From positions 248,001 through 312,000 of the forward strand of contig AP026145.1 of the NCBI GenBank assembly GCA_030295235.1: a DNA stretch of 64,000 bases, given 5' to 3'. Of the stretch, positions 23,425 through 37,065 are shown one piece after another. Within the stretch, counting starts at the first letter, position 1; each line of letters begins with the position of its first letter. This stretch comes from Fistulifera solaris (Eukaryota). The position numbers and the translations under genes were made by a program. A model generated the notes under the pieces. That model saw only the letters and a program-made list of their open reading frames with translations, ran no database searches and had not been told where the DNA came from.

Positions 23425-25096
23425 TCAGTTCTCCATTGACGAACGCAATCGTTTAGGCGAGTTTTCCGATATATTGCAATGAAGCGAGACAGGCAGCTCG
23501 TGTTCCTCCAAAGCATAAAAATACTCAAGATTCATATCTTGAATGAACTCGCACAACACATCCATGTGCTGTGATAAAAGCACTTGGTTGCGCTTGTATT
23601 TTTCCAACGCCCTCTGTATCAACAATGTAGCTACCAACTTAGGTCGCGAACGATACAGACTCACGCAACAGAGTCCGTGAATCAATGTAACACTTGTTCA
23701 ACAGGTACAGCCTATCGATACTTGACCCGTCTGTGCACTTGTTGCCAGATCGATCTAGCACCGTGATGTACACGCTATGAGACAACAACAGCCTCAACCA
23801 CGAATAGTCTGGATCGTTCGGGGGTATTGCTCAACAACCAGTGTACGAAGTCCCGGGTGCTCCTCAACTGCTTCAAAGATTTGCTGCAAGTGGGGGCCAA
23901 ATCGAACGGCCAGTACCAACCAGTCAAATCAAGATGCACCAAACTTGGATTGGCCTTTATCGTGTCGATCAGTACTCTTGTGATCGCTTCTTCTTGTTCA
24001 GGGACAACATCCTGCATGATCGAGAATGAGATATTCAATCTTGTAAAGTGGCCCAACTCAGCCAATCGACGTAAAAAAGATATTAAACGCCTTTCCCAAG
24101 CGTTGTCGGAGTCCTCGTCGTCACCTTGTGCATCGGAAACAGACATCAATGTCGAGATCTTGGCGCCACAATGTTCAGTGAAGCTAGATCCGTTGCCTTG
24201 TAAACGCCGTTTGCTTCAAACCCGCATTGCGAGAGCCTTTGTCTTTGCCTCAAGCGGAAGAAGGGCATCTTGACCGTCCACATAAGAAATCTCAAGCCTC
24301 TCAAAGTATGTATCAAGATTACAGAGACGTTTGAAATTTTCTGAATTTAAAGGAATATATTCTTGGTCATACTCAAGGCATAATGAGCCAAAACGAGGAC
24401 TGTCGTTTCTCGAGCTTCAACGAATGCAGTTCCTCCATCTTGGAATGTAAAATAGATCCAGTTCGGAGAAGAGACGGCAAGTTTCAAGTCTAAAGCATAC
24501 GGTCGCGTCGCTAGAACGACGGACTGTTCAGCATCCCATTCTCCTGCTGCAAACTTGATCTGTTGTTTCGAACTTGCATCGAGTAAGAAAGCGATCTCCT
24601 CTGGATCGAGGTGTTCAGCGAAGTCAAAGTCGCCATCATTCGCCTCCAAGTGTTCCCAATCGATTTCGAAACGTACTTTGCTTGCTTGACAATGTTGATA
24701 CGGCGCATAAAAGTCCAAGAATGTTTCAACTGCGTCTAATGCTTCTCCGTAGATGCTGCATATTGCGCCGCTCAATTGATACTTTCCGACATGAATGGTA
24801 AAGGAGATTTTCCAGCTAAAGTATCTATGATTCTCAGGTTTGCATAACAAAATAAAGAGTCCATCTTTCAGCCAAATAGCAATGTCACGGTATGATTCCC
24901 ATTCGAAGTCTTCAAGGCTTTTCGGTTCCCGTGTCATCTTGTAAATTGGTAAGGAGGCTTCGCGGCGCCAGTGACCTCGGCATTGCTTTTGCTGAAACGT
25001 CAATTGCTCCTCTGGGATGAGGACTAAGAAAGATTCGATCATCTCTTGCTGTTTCATGTTTAAAACGAGTCGAAAAGAAGCACACAACTGCTTCAT
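23425..25096 (-). CDS. Expanded lineage-specific RNI/LRR-like family protein, copy A (fragmented)
   Basis: LIPEEQLT...LPIYKMTREPKSLEDFEW, W..EQSVVLATRPY, FQDGGTAFVEA, IKANPSLVHLDL and LLSQHMDVLCEFIQ are shared with copies B-D. Function unknown. Confidence 0.7.
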
Positions 25097-25380
25097 TAAT
25101 ATACTTTTTCCCTCTTATTGCGGTTGTCGAAAGTCGAAACAGAAAAGCACGAAAACAAACAAAACAAAAGCGGGTGCATTCCTTTTCCTACGTAGTATCG
25201 CAGGGAGAGTGGGAAAAAATAACACGGTGCGACAATTCCTTATAGACTTTTGAGCGTGGATCAGCACAGGAGCGAGTCGTGAGCGTTCTACCTGGTAGCG
25301 AAAAGCATAACGCGACATTTTTCAAATGAGCGCAAATATTAGACTTTTATGAATTATTGTTCAAACACCTAGTGCTTTAC

Positions 25381-26975
25381 CTAGTACTCCAATGACGAAC
25401 GCCAATCTTTTATGAGCTCTTTGCGACGAATTCGCGACGGCCAGGAAGGGAACTCAGATTCCTCAGGAGCAGAAACCAAAGCAACATTATCCTCGTGATT
25501 TATAGCTTGAATGAACTCGCACAACACATCCATCTGCTGTGACAAAAGCACTTGGTTGCGCTTGTATTTCTCCGAAGCACCCTGTATCAACAATTTAGCA
25601 ACCAAACTAGGTCGCTAGCGATGCAGACTCTCGCAACAGAGTGCTTGAATCAATGTAACACTTGTTCAACAGGTACAGCCTATCGATACTCGACCCGTCT
25701 GTGCATTTGTTGCCAGATCGATCTAGCACCGTGATGTACAGGTTGCGAGACAGCAACAGCCTCAACCACGAATAGTTTGGATCGTTCGGGGGTATTTCTC
25801 AACAACAAGTGTACGCAGTCCCGGGTGTTCCGCAGCTGCTTCAAAAATATGCTGCACTTGGGGGTTCCAATCGAACGACCATTTAGAATTACTCAAATCA
25901 AGATGCACCAGCCTGGGATTGGCTTTGATTGCACTGACAAGTGCATTTGTGACAGCTTCCACTTTCTCAGACACAAATTGGTGCCAAGAGATGATCGCTA
26001 TGTTCAATTTCTCGAAGTGGCCCAGTTCTGTCACTCGATTCAAAAATGAAATCGAAAAGTCATCCCAGTTGTCGCCATCGTCATCACCGCCAACGTAAAT
26101 TTTCAAACTGAGATCTTTGGGTGGAATATCCAAAGACTTGAAATCATCTGGCTCAATGCTGTTCGAGTCAATACTGTACTCCAAAGCATTGGTATTCGCT
26201 GAGAACGGAAGAAGCACGCATTCCGCCGAAAGTCATCGTGAGAACGTGGGAAGCGCGAGCTTTTCAAAATAACAGTCCAAACGTAACAGTCGTTTCAAGT
26301 TTCGCGACACTAAACGGCATTTCGTATTCTTCACGGTCGATAAGGGAAAGTGAGCCAAATGACGACTGCCGCGTCTCGAGAGCCTCTACGAATGCAGTTC
26401 CAAGGTCACTGAATTCAATACCACTGTGTGCCGCAGCTATCTCACCCAAATCTAATTCAATAGGATACGGTCGTGTCGCCAAAACGACGGAATGTTCTTC
26501 CGACCATTCTCCTATAGAAAATGCAAATCGTCGCGTCGGGCTTGCATCCATGATGCGAGCAAGTTCCTCTGGATCAAACTTCTCAGCAAAGTTCTTGTCC
26601 GGCATGAAGTTGCTCATATCAATTTCAATACGTACATCTCCTTCATCAGAATTGTTAAGAGAAGCGAGGAGTGCCGCCGTCCTGAAAAAGTCGCCTCGTG
26701 AGATTACGCCGCTCAGTAGATATTTGCCCGCGTGAACGGAAAAGGGAACCTTGATGTCAAAAATACGCGTGATGATCCTCTTTGCACATCCAAAGTACTG
26801 AACCATTACATCTGATTATAATGTCATAATAAGATTCTAACTCAAATTCATTTAAGCTTGCCGGCTTCCGCAACAGCTTGTAGATGGGCAAATGCTCGTG
26901 CTTGTACGGTCGACAACATCTTTGATTACGCGTCAATCGCTCCTCTGGAATGTGCTCTAACAAAGGACCCCTCAT
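25381..26975 (-). CDS. Expanded RNI/LRR-like family protein, copy B (fragmented)
   Basis: MRGPLLEHIPEERLT...LPIYKLLRKP, WSEEHSVVLATRPY, LGTAFVEALETRQSSFGSL, IKANPRLVHLDLS. Confidence 0.72.
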
Positions 26976-27440
26976 CTGGTGTCGACCTTTCCGTGAAATG
27001 CTTATAACGAAAGAGATTGTAATACCAGGTAAGTACTATAGCTGAATGATTGATTATGTTTGGTGATTTCTTCGTATGCAATGGCGCCTATCTTGCTGCG
27101 TTTTTTTTTTTGCGGGAAAAGAAAGATGCGCATGAGCCGCTCTATAGCTCGAGGCTCGAGGCGGAAACGTTTGTCACCAGTAAGGCTAGCGTTAACATAG
27201 GAAACGGTAAGACAATTTTTCGTACATTCTATTATACTGTACTCAGAATTAACGCAGATTACGGATTGTGTAAAACGGACGCAGATCACGGCGCGAGGCG
27301 CGAGCACCTCGGAAAAATAATACTCCGGGTACACCGGAGTAATACGGTACGGCAGCGAGCACGACGACCATGACATTCCCAAAATGACAGCACCGTCATT
27401 TCTTTTCGTTGCTGTTCCGTGAAATTGTTAACGTAAAATC

Positions 27441-30400
27441 ATGTCTTCACTGTATAATTCATTACGCTCGGCTGAAAACCAGCAGCTCACGCGCGTCGAG
27501 GTAAATCAACGCGCCTTAATCGACAAGATTTTAGCACGCTACGCGAGTGAGAACGCGATTTTTCGTGAATTGTTGCAAAATTCGAACGATGCGGATGCGA
27601 CGGAAGCAGTAATTGAGTTTACAACAAATGAGCAGAATCTTGTTGAGCAAGCAGTGTACAAAAACAATGGAATGGTATTTCGTGAGCAAGACTGGAGTCG
27701 TTTGCAAAAGATTGCGGAAGGGAACCCATCACCTGAGAAAGTTGGGGCCTTCGGTGTCGGAGCATATACGATGTTTTCAATTTGCGAAGAACCAGTGGTT
27801 GTGAGTGGCGACTCTTCGTGCTGTTTTGTATGGAAAGGCGACGCATTGTGGTGTAAATCAGCAAAGCTTCCTGAAGGAGAATACCATTCTTGGACGACAT
27901 TTATTTTACCAAGTCGTGATCTATATCCTTTGCCGGTATGGAAAGACTTCTGCAGCTTTTTGAAGGCGAGTTTGACGTTCACCGCGAGTTTGAAACACGT
28001 GAGAGTCATGCTGAATGATAAGGAGTATTTGAGTATCACCAAGACCCTCGTACAAGAACCTCGCTTGATTCAAATACCGAAATCCAAGGGAACTTGGTGG
28101 ACCACCTTCAATGCAAGCAACAGCAACAGCGAAGGAGTTACAACAACGACTCCCAAGGGTGTTTTTAGCTTGATGGGTCCTAAGAGTAATACGATCAGTG
28201 CTCTTCTAACAGCATCCAAATCGGGTCCTACGAGCAATAGTATTCCAGCTATTTACGAGTCCGTGCAACGCATTTCTGTCATGCTCGACAATGCTTTGAC
28301 TTTTCAAGACGCCCGTTGCGTGTCAGCGCTAGCGCATACAAACATTCCGTCGGATATGGCCCGGCGCATGCAGCGAGTGACGAAGAAAGACCCACCAAAA
28401 ACAGTCAAAGTGGAGCTCTTCTTTGCACACGACGGAGGCAGAATTTTCATCGGATTCCGAACGAGTCAAAGTACTGGCTTATCTGTTCATGTGAGTGCTC
28501 CTTTCATTCCTACAGTGGAACGAGAAGCTATGGATTTACAGGATACCGCATTGCGCTTGTATAATATGGAGTTATTGGAAATGGCTGGAATGTTGTTGCG
28601 GTTGACTTTGGAACAAGCGATGTATGTGCTAAGGGATGATTGGAGCGCTGGAGCAGAATCGCGCCAAATTTTAGAGCAAAAGCTACTCAAAGAGAGAGAG
28701 TTGTCCAGAGAAAAGCGGAAGCTGGTTCCGCGCGATACGAAAGAGAACAGCAAAGAAGACGAGCCGGAGGGCGACGATGACGGCAAATCAACAAAGGGTG
28801 GCTTCGTGGGCTTCGCTCGCTTCATGGCTCTCGGGGTGAAGAAAAAAATTGTACAGGTGGTAGGAAGCGTGGAGGAAATGTTGGATGTCGACAACGACTT
28901 ACTGAATCCGAATGATCTTCGTCCATTGGACACTATTGAAGAACAAGCTATTGAGTTGATGCAGTCGTTTTGTCCAGTACCGTCGACTCCAGACCCGTTG
29001 GTAGGCACTTGTTTAGCTCAGGGTTTTGCGCGCTGCTTGCCTTCTGTGGCACCTCCGGTTTTAACGCGCACAAGTGTGGTTCCGGCCGATCAAGCTCGGC
29101 TGCCGCATGCAGGCATGCAATCTTTTGTGACTCAGATCAAGTCATTCGACAAGTTGTGTACGACAATGCTACTGAGTATCACAATGTTATCGCGCAATGT
29201 CGTCGACTGAACTTCCAAGACTTGCTGCTGACTTTGCAAGAGAAGGTGTTGTCAGAAAAAGAGCTACTACACCTTCTACAATGGTTAGTTCAGTATCAAC
29301 AACGTTATGGGGTCGAGGGAACGGCCATGCATCGACTCAAAGATGCAATCACTTTTCGACAGGAAAGTACTCACGAGGTTGTGAGGCTATCCGATCTTTT
29401 ATTTCTTGTTGAAAAGATTCGATCTTGTCAAATCATGAGTCAATGCCGTTACCCGAAACTGTGTTCCCCATGCGCTTACAGCATGAAATCAAACATCTTA
29501 ATCGCTTACCATGGTTTCCAAGCCTTAGATGACGACATTTGGGTTTCGTTCATTGCCGAGCACAATGCTATGACGGAGGGAAAGCAGCTTGGTCACAAAA
29601 CCCGTTTAGAAGTATTTCAGGTCATATGCGAGATGTATCAAAAGAAACGATCGCAAAAAGAAGCATTTGGACGACTGTGTGCCAATTTGCTGTCGCAAAA
29701 ACCGTGTCTACCAGTAGAAGGTCGAGAAACCCCGGAGCGGCCCGTGGATTTGTATCTGGATTCAGATGATCTCAAATTATTCGAAACGCTTGGCACTTTC
29801 GATAAAGTGTCATCCGCCTTAAATATGACAGAGGAATTTCTTCTAATCTTGGGTGTACGAAAATGTGTTTCAATTGACTTTCTACTGACACATTTGGATA
29901 CATTGAATTGGTCACAAAATCCCCGCCCATTAATCGAGTACTTACGAAAAGTGCCGTTGACCCCCACGGATTTGCAGAAACTGAAGTCGACACGATACTT
30001 ACCTTCGAAAGACTCCGTTGGCTTGTTTGCGCCGTCGGAGCTATATCTACCGAACGCGCATCTTGAATGTTTTTCATTCTGCCGAATGCTTCAATGGGAA
30101 ACAACTGCGTTGTCGGAACAATCTGACGCCGGGCTATTTCTAATTAAATTAGGAATGAAACTGCTGCCGCCGCTGGCGGAGGTTCTGCAGTACATGACTC
30201 GGCCCGACTTGGCACCCTCATTAAGAAACCAGTGCTTAGAGTTTCTTGCCGACCGCTTAGCGCCGCGAGGGCACTACCACGCCGAGTACACGAAAATGAT
30301 GCAGCGGCAGTTCCCTTACAAATTCCTCCCTTGTACGGTGTTAGATCCGCTGCATGAAAGTAACAGTTCTTTGAGCGACGTTTTGCTGTTATCGCCTCAA

Positions 30401-32818
30401 TCATGTTACACAGAGAAAGAATGTGCGATAATGGGCTTTCCGATATTGCAAGCCACCGACACGCAGCTTTACGGAAACTTGTTTTGTTGTCGTTCACAGC
30501 CTTCAAGTGAAGGAGCGTTGCGTCAATTCCAATTGATAGTTGATCAATGCAAAAAAGCCCCTGTGGAAGATCGAAGGATATTTGCCTTATTCGAGAAAAA
30601 GTTGTTCCCATACTTGTCACATCATGCCAATCTAGAGCCGAGCCATCTGAGACCTTTGCAAGCAATCAAATTCATTCCGCTTCTAAATTCGGATGGGAAG
30701 CTTCAATGGTATCGACCAGATCAAGTGTTTTTTCACTCCACCGACAACATATTTCCAATCGTTCCCTACTACTCGCCTTTCTTGGCATCGATTGGAGTCC
30801 AACAAGAAGTCTCTACGAAGGAGATTTTTTTGAAAATGCTCGACCAACCAGCACAGCTTTTAGAGCAACTAGGCCCCACGCAGTACCGTGTGTTACTTCG
30901 TCGGATTGCTGCCAACCCTCCTTTCGATTGGACTTTGAATCGTCGTCGCTGGAATGATGTTGCATTCTTACTGACGGATGCTGAGCAGCCGGTACTTCGT
31001 AAGGCCTCCGACATTTATGTCATGGATAATTCTTTTTTGGGTCGGCTGTTCCCCACCATAAACAAGGCACCCCACGAGACAGATCTGGAAGCTTTGTACA
31101 CTCAGTTGGGATCTCTTCTTCTTTCCCAAAGCGTGGAGCGGAGATTTGAATATGCTGGTCAATCTCAAACGAAAACTGCAACGTGTAGCTTGCTTCATGA
31201 TCGATGTAAGGAAAGAAGTCCTCTTTTGCTTTCAGTGATGACCCGACCGCTGGTAGCGAAGGCGGCGAAGCTATTGCAGGAAATACAGTTTTATGAGGCA
31301 CAGCATCTTTTAGCTGTCTATTCATTAGAAGGGACGACCAAGCGCCACGCCACAACTGCATTTTTAAGCACGAGCAAGTCAGGCAACGCTGTCATCTACG
31401 TCACAACGCCTTTTGACTGGTTTGATGTAGGAAATGCAATCGGCGATCTGATTCTGAAAGGTCGCTGTCGGTTGGAAGATGCGTTTTTTCTGAGCAGTTT
31501 ACTGGAAGCGCCGCTAGAGCAGTTGCGATCTCGGGGGTTTCCAGTTGATCGTATTGTCGCCATAGAGCCTCCCAAGATAGACTCAATTAATAATCAACAA
31601 CAAAGTGTTGAGCTTACTGGAAAAACGAAACTCAATAGCTCTACAGACTCTCCAGTGCCCGAAACTGCACGGTCTTCCGAGTCATCGTCACCCGGTCGGA
31701 TAGAAACAAGGACAGAATCGAGGGCTGAAACATCTCCGATGACGGTACCAAATAACTCCACTCCCCCGCCCGAGCCTGATATTGATTCGACCAAAGCGAT
31801 TGAGTCAAATCCCATTAATCCGCCGGATGATGGCGCGCTTGCTCGCATTGTCATGGAAATGTTTCCTGACGCAGATCCTGAATTTGTAAATTCGGCATTG
31901 GGTGCACATCCATCACTGGAAGACGTGCAAAATCTCACTAATCAACTGTCCTGCGGCGCTTACCCTAAAGTCGGGGAGTTGAACAACTTTTCGTCTACTG
32001 ACAAATCAAAGAAAGGTTTGCGAGGTCGAATCGGTCGGGCTTTAGGCGGAGGACGCAAAGGAAGCAAGACCACTCCACCTTTGACTACTGATACTCCACA
32101 TACTGTGCCATCTCCCGTCCTGCCGACGTTCAACTTACCTCAAGTACGACCTCATCCAACGAACCGGGGATCTAAATTATCACCTAAACCCAATCATGTA
32201 CACGAAAACGCCAACCCAGTACCCCCGATTCACGATTGTTCCAATCATCAAGGATTGGAACGTTTATTGCAGCAAACAGTCCGGCAATCCAACCAAGTTT
32301 CTTCGCATGGGATCGAGTCAGCGCCGACAACATTAACGAGCAGCTTACCGGAAGGCCTAGATCGAGGCGACACTTGCGATGTAATCCCTGGCCAACGTCT
32401 ACAGGCCTTTGGTTCTACAAGAAATGGCCTCCGTGTTTTCTCTTGGAAAGATTTAGCGAGCTCGACTCAATTCCTGGCACAAAACCAAAACGTCTTGGAC
32501 CAATTTTCAATTGTGTTGGAACGTTTGGCGGGAGTTTACGATTTGCCCCTCAAAAGCATAGCCATCTTCCACGATCCCATGGGTCAAACTATTGCCTTCA
32601 ACGCGAATCGCTCACTTCACTTCAACATTCGGTTCTTCCACTCACTGCATGCTGCACAACCCTTCTCGGTGGCTTGTTACTCTTACTGGTACGTGACGAT
32701 CGCCCACGAATTGGCACACCACTTGGTATCGGCACACAACAAGGAACACGGATTTTACACCGAAAGCTATACTTCTCTTTACCTTCCAAGGTTGACTGAC
32801 TTGCTGAAAGGTCTGTAA
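27441..32818 (+). CDS. Large sacsin-like HATPase_c protein (fungal DUF3684-like architecture) with CUE-like domain and C-terminal HExxH motif
   Basis: VEVNQRALIDKILARY...FRELLQNSNDA, NNG..F, GAFGVGAY are GHKL motifs. ARIVMEMFPDAD is CUE-like, and YWYVTIAHELAHHLV carries the HExxH. Two ORFs are joined by a frameshift near 29130. Confidence 0.82.
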
Positions 32819-33591
32819 GCGAACGACACGCTAAATTGAGGGATTCAGATAGACGAGGTAATCGTAATTGCTCGCCGCCACCTTGTGCGTCCCAAATTAG
32901 TCCGACTGATGCAGCATGCGGCTAATGTCAAATAAGATCGATTTTTAAAGTTAATGAGCCACAAGGAGAATGTAGCGGCCTGATTTTCCGAGATGGTTTT
33001 CTGATACTGTTTCGAGTAGGTATGTAGCTAATGATGTCAATAAATCAATCGTGTCTCATGACTGAAATGCAGTCGCGGCAAATAACACCTTACAATATTG
33101 AAACTACAATAACTTATCGGGTACGATGCGGGTAAATGTCCGAAATTTTATAACCCAAAAAGCATTGAATCACAGTGAAGTCTGGCTTTTTTATTTGAAG
33201 GAAAGGGGCATTACGGACGTAATAAACACCAAAAGATAAAAGGGTCTATCTCATGACTCATGACTAAAATCCAGTCATTACAAAAGGTCGCATACACTTG
33301 ATGACATAGTCGAAACAAAGATCTGTGCAAGCCTTAACCTTACACGATGAAACTGGTTTTTCTACGGGGGAGAGTTTTTTGCGACGGCAACCGGCAACCG
33401 CATCACAACTTGCCCGACACTTTCAACTTTCAATTGCCGCATTTGCAAAAGGATCTTGTATTCACACATCAAAATGACTCTTTCATATACCAAGATCAAT
33501 CTGCGGTCATTCAAATCATGAAAAGGCTCACAAATTACGCTATTCGCCGCAGTCTATCATCGTCTTCGACACAGCGAGACCGGCAAAGAAG

Positions 33592-35194
33592 ATGAACGGT
33601 CCTCTCCTCGAACTTATTCCCAAGGAGCAAATGACGCCGCGGCAACAGGCGCTCCTCCCAGCTATCTACGGAGGTAGGCTTCCCATGTACAAGTTGTTGC
33701 GGGAGCCTTCTCACCTGGATGATTTTGACTGGGAGAAGAACCAAAACGCGATTGTTTGGTTCGAAAACGAAACGATGTTTTGCTTCTACAAGGCAGGTTC
33801 CTTTTTCGAAGAGCACAATTTTTGCTTTGTGATCTCTCATAGTGATGATCTCAAAAGTATTTCCTCGAAAGCGCGGTTCATGGTGAATCGCAAACCAATA
33901 TTCTAGAAACGATTACCTTCCTTTGGTCTCTCCCGCAACTGAAAGGAAGTAAGACGATTTTAGCCACTTCGGAGCATTCGATTGACGATGTGGATTACGG
34001 CTTTGACTTTGCTTCGCTGCAACCAGAGCAGATCGCTCGCATACTTGACGCGAATCCCTCGCGACGTTTCTTTTTCGAAAGAGGAGTCTGGAGCTCTGCA
34101 CAAGCTGTCGTGCTAGCGTCGCGTCTGGATACTACGGACTTGCATTTGACGGACGCATTCGCATTTGAAGACCACGGGACAGCTTTTGTGAGCTAGAAAG
34201 ACGAGAATTGCCCTTTGGTTCTCTTAGCTTCGACGTCGACGAATCCACAATTCCTTTCAGTCAGCAAACTTTGAACGTCTCTTTGAACTCGACGTACTTG
34301 ACAAGCTCGAACTTGATGCTCTCGGCAGAAAATTTCTCCCGCTCCCATTCTCCGCAAAAGCAAAAGCGGTGCACTATAAGATCACTTCCGACACTTTGAA
34401 GCCCGAAGATTTCGAAACACTTGAGATTGTACCGAAGGATCTACAAATCAAAGTCTACGTGGACGTGTCGCAAAAAGAATGGGAGAAGCTTCCGGTTGCA
34501 TTTCTGAATCGAGCGGCTGCGCTGGGCGACTTAAAGAAGCTGTCTTTCCTGATTTTTCGCGAGGCGAATGGATCGACAGCCATTTCAAGCCAAGAAAGTT
34601 GCGCGCGTTGCGAATGCATTGCTTCGCACCATCAAGGCCAATATCTGAAGTTGCAATATCTGAATGTAGGCGCGACCATTTATGACAACTCTGACAATTG
34701 CCTCAATTGGGACTCCCATTTGCATAAGTTTTTCGGAAGCTGTGGCAGGGCATCAGGGGCTTCGAACGTTTGTCATGGGAAACTATCCTTCGAAGGATGA
34801 CCCAGAAAACTATTCTTTGATCGAACAACTGCTAGCCAGCAACCGGAACATTACAGTCCTTGATTGTAAAGGCAACAAGATTTCGAACGGAACTACTGTC
34901 GACAAGCTGTACGCATTAAACGCCTTGTACCAGGGATCGACTGAGCTTGTAAAGGAGTCGGCCTCCGTGCGCCCGTCGCTAGTCGCTACTGCAATCTTGG
35001 CACGCGTATTGGGAAGCTTCCAATATATTTCTTTGCTATTGTCGCAGCATGATGATATTCTTTGCGATTTGATCCAAGGCTTGAATCTAGAGGATATTAT
35101 TTATTCGCAAACTATGTCGGAGGAGGAGTCTGTGGTGTTTGCACACTCGACAGAAAGCGAAACCAAAAAGTTAAAGCACATCAAAAGAGATTGA
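33592..35194 (+). CDS. Expanded RNI/LRR-like family protein, copy C (fragmented)
   Basis: MNGPLLELIPKEQMT...LPMYKLLREPSHLDDFDW, LDANPSRRF, FEDHGTAFV, HQGLRTFVM, LLLSQHDDILCDLIQ. Confidence 0.72.
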
Positions 35195-35380
35195 ATAGAC
35201 TTACTAGAAGCGTCAATTACATGCCATTACTTGCTTTACCGTGAGATAAAGTTGTCGTCTTTTCCTTTGTTACTAGACTAGTCTAAATTAACCTGCTTTC
35301 TTGTTTCTTGATGTCGCAACATAAGAACTCGTGTTAGTGACAGAGCAATATTCCTTTTCTCCGCTGCGAAGATCCCCATA

Positions 35381-36875
35381 TACAGACATTCTGTTTGATT
35401 GGTCCTTAAATTCTGGACCGGGTGTTTTCTTCTCGCAGAGGTTCTGTGCTGGTTCGAGAAAAAATATACACGGTGTAATGGATAATACCAGATTAGGTGA
35501 TGCTGTATTACTTCGAAAAATGAGACGCTGGTTTCGACAAACAGCTTTTGTGTGATTTCCAGATTATCTGGAAAAAGCATTCCGTCGTACAGAAATTCTG
35601 TTTCTTTGGTCCTTAAATTCTGGACCAGGTGTTTTCTTCTCGCAGAGGTTCTGTGCTGGTTCGAGAAAATATATACACGGTGTAATGGATAATACCAGAT
35701 TAGGTGATGCTGTATTACTTCGAAAAATGGGACGCTGGTTTCGACAAGCAGCTTTTGTGGGATTTCCAGATTATCTGGAAAAAGCATTCCGTCGTACAGA
35801 AATTCTGTTTCTTTGGTCCTTAAATTCTGGACCGAGTGTTTTCTTCTCGCAGAGGTTCTGTGCTGGTTCGAGAAAAAATATACACGGTGTAATGGATAAT
35901 ACCAGATTAGGTGATGCTGTATTACTTCGAAAAATGAGACGCTGGTTTCGACAAACAGCTTTTGTGTGATTTCCAGATTATCTGGAAAAAGCATTCCGTC
36001 GTACAGAAATTCTGTTTCTTTGGTCCTTAAATTCTGGACCAGGTGTTTTCTTCTCGCAGAGGTTCTGTGCTGGTTCGAGAAAATATATACACGGTGTAAT
36101 GGATAATACCAGATTAGGTGATGCTATATTACTTCGAAAAATGGGACGCTGGTTTCGACAAGCAGCTTTTGTGGGATTTCCAGATTATCTGGAAAAGCAT
36201 TCCGTCGTACAGAAATTCTGTTTCTTTGGTCCTTAATTTCTGGACCGAGTGTTTTCTTCTCGCAGAGGCTCTGTGCTGGTTCCAGAAACTCTGGATAGGG
36301 TGTAATGGATCATACCAGATTGGGTGACGCTCTATTACTTCCAAAAATGAGACGATGGTTTCGACAAATAGCAAAAAGCTTTTGTGTGATTTCCAGATTA
36401 TCTGGAAACAACGACCCCGTCCTACAGAAATTCTGTTTGAATGGTCCAGAAATTCTGGACCGGGTGTTTTCTTCTCGCAGAGGCTCTGTGCTGGTTCCAG
36501 ATATTCTATACAAGGTGTAATGGATCATACCAGATTGTGTGACGCTCTATTACTTCCAAAAATGAGACGATGGTTTCGACAAACAGCATTTGTGTGATTT
36601 CCCGATTATCTGGAAACAGCGATCCCGCCATACAGAAATTCTGTTTGAATGGTCCAGAAATTCTGGACCAGGTGTTTTCTTCTCGCAGAGGCTATGTGCT
36701 GGTTCCAGAAACTCTGAATAGGGTGTAATCAGGTGTAATGGATCATACCTGGTACTGGTACGGATTGTGGGATGCTGTACGCTGTACCTGGTACAACGTC
36801 TTCGAAAAAATGAGACGGTGGTTTCGACAAACAGCTTTTGTGTGATTTCCAGATTATCTGGAAGCAGCGATCCCA
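35381..36875. repeat. Tandem satellite, about 207-bp unit, 7 copies, palindrome-rich
   Basis: Units start at 35381, 35588, 35795, 36002, 36208, 36423 and 36631 (TACAGAAATTCTGT anchor; TACAGACATTCTGT in unit 1). Confidence 0.95.
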
Positions 36876-37065
36876 TTACGATTACGTGGCCGTGTACCAG
36901 TACCTGGTACAGTACGAAACGCAACACTCCTTGCGACGATAACGAAAAGATCATTACCAGGTATTTACCGCAACATGTATTGCAACTACAATAATTCTTT
37001 GCTGCATACTTCCTTTGTATCACATAACACGCCAAGCTCCGCTGATTTGAAGCTATTACTCAACA

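Noticed and set aside
35278..35994. 238-aa minus-strand ORF with 69-aa repeats
   Set aside because: By-product of the 207-bp (multiple of 3) unit. The frame breaks in the other units and there is no ATG start.
35381..36875. Possible CRISPR-like array
   Set aside because: Whole units are repeated with no unique spacers, and no cas-like genes are present. It is a satellite.
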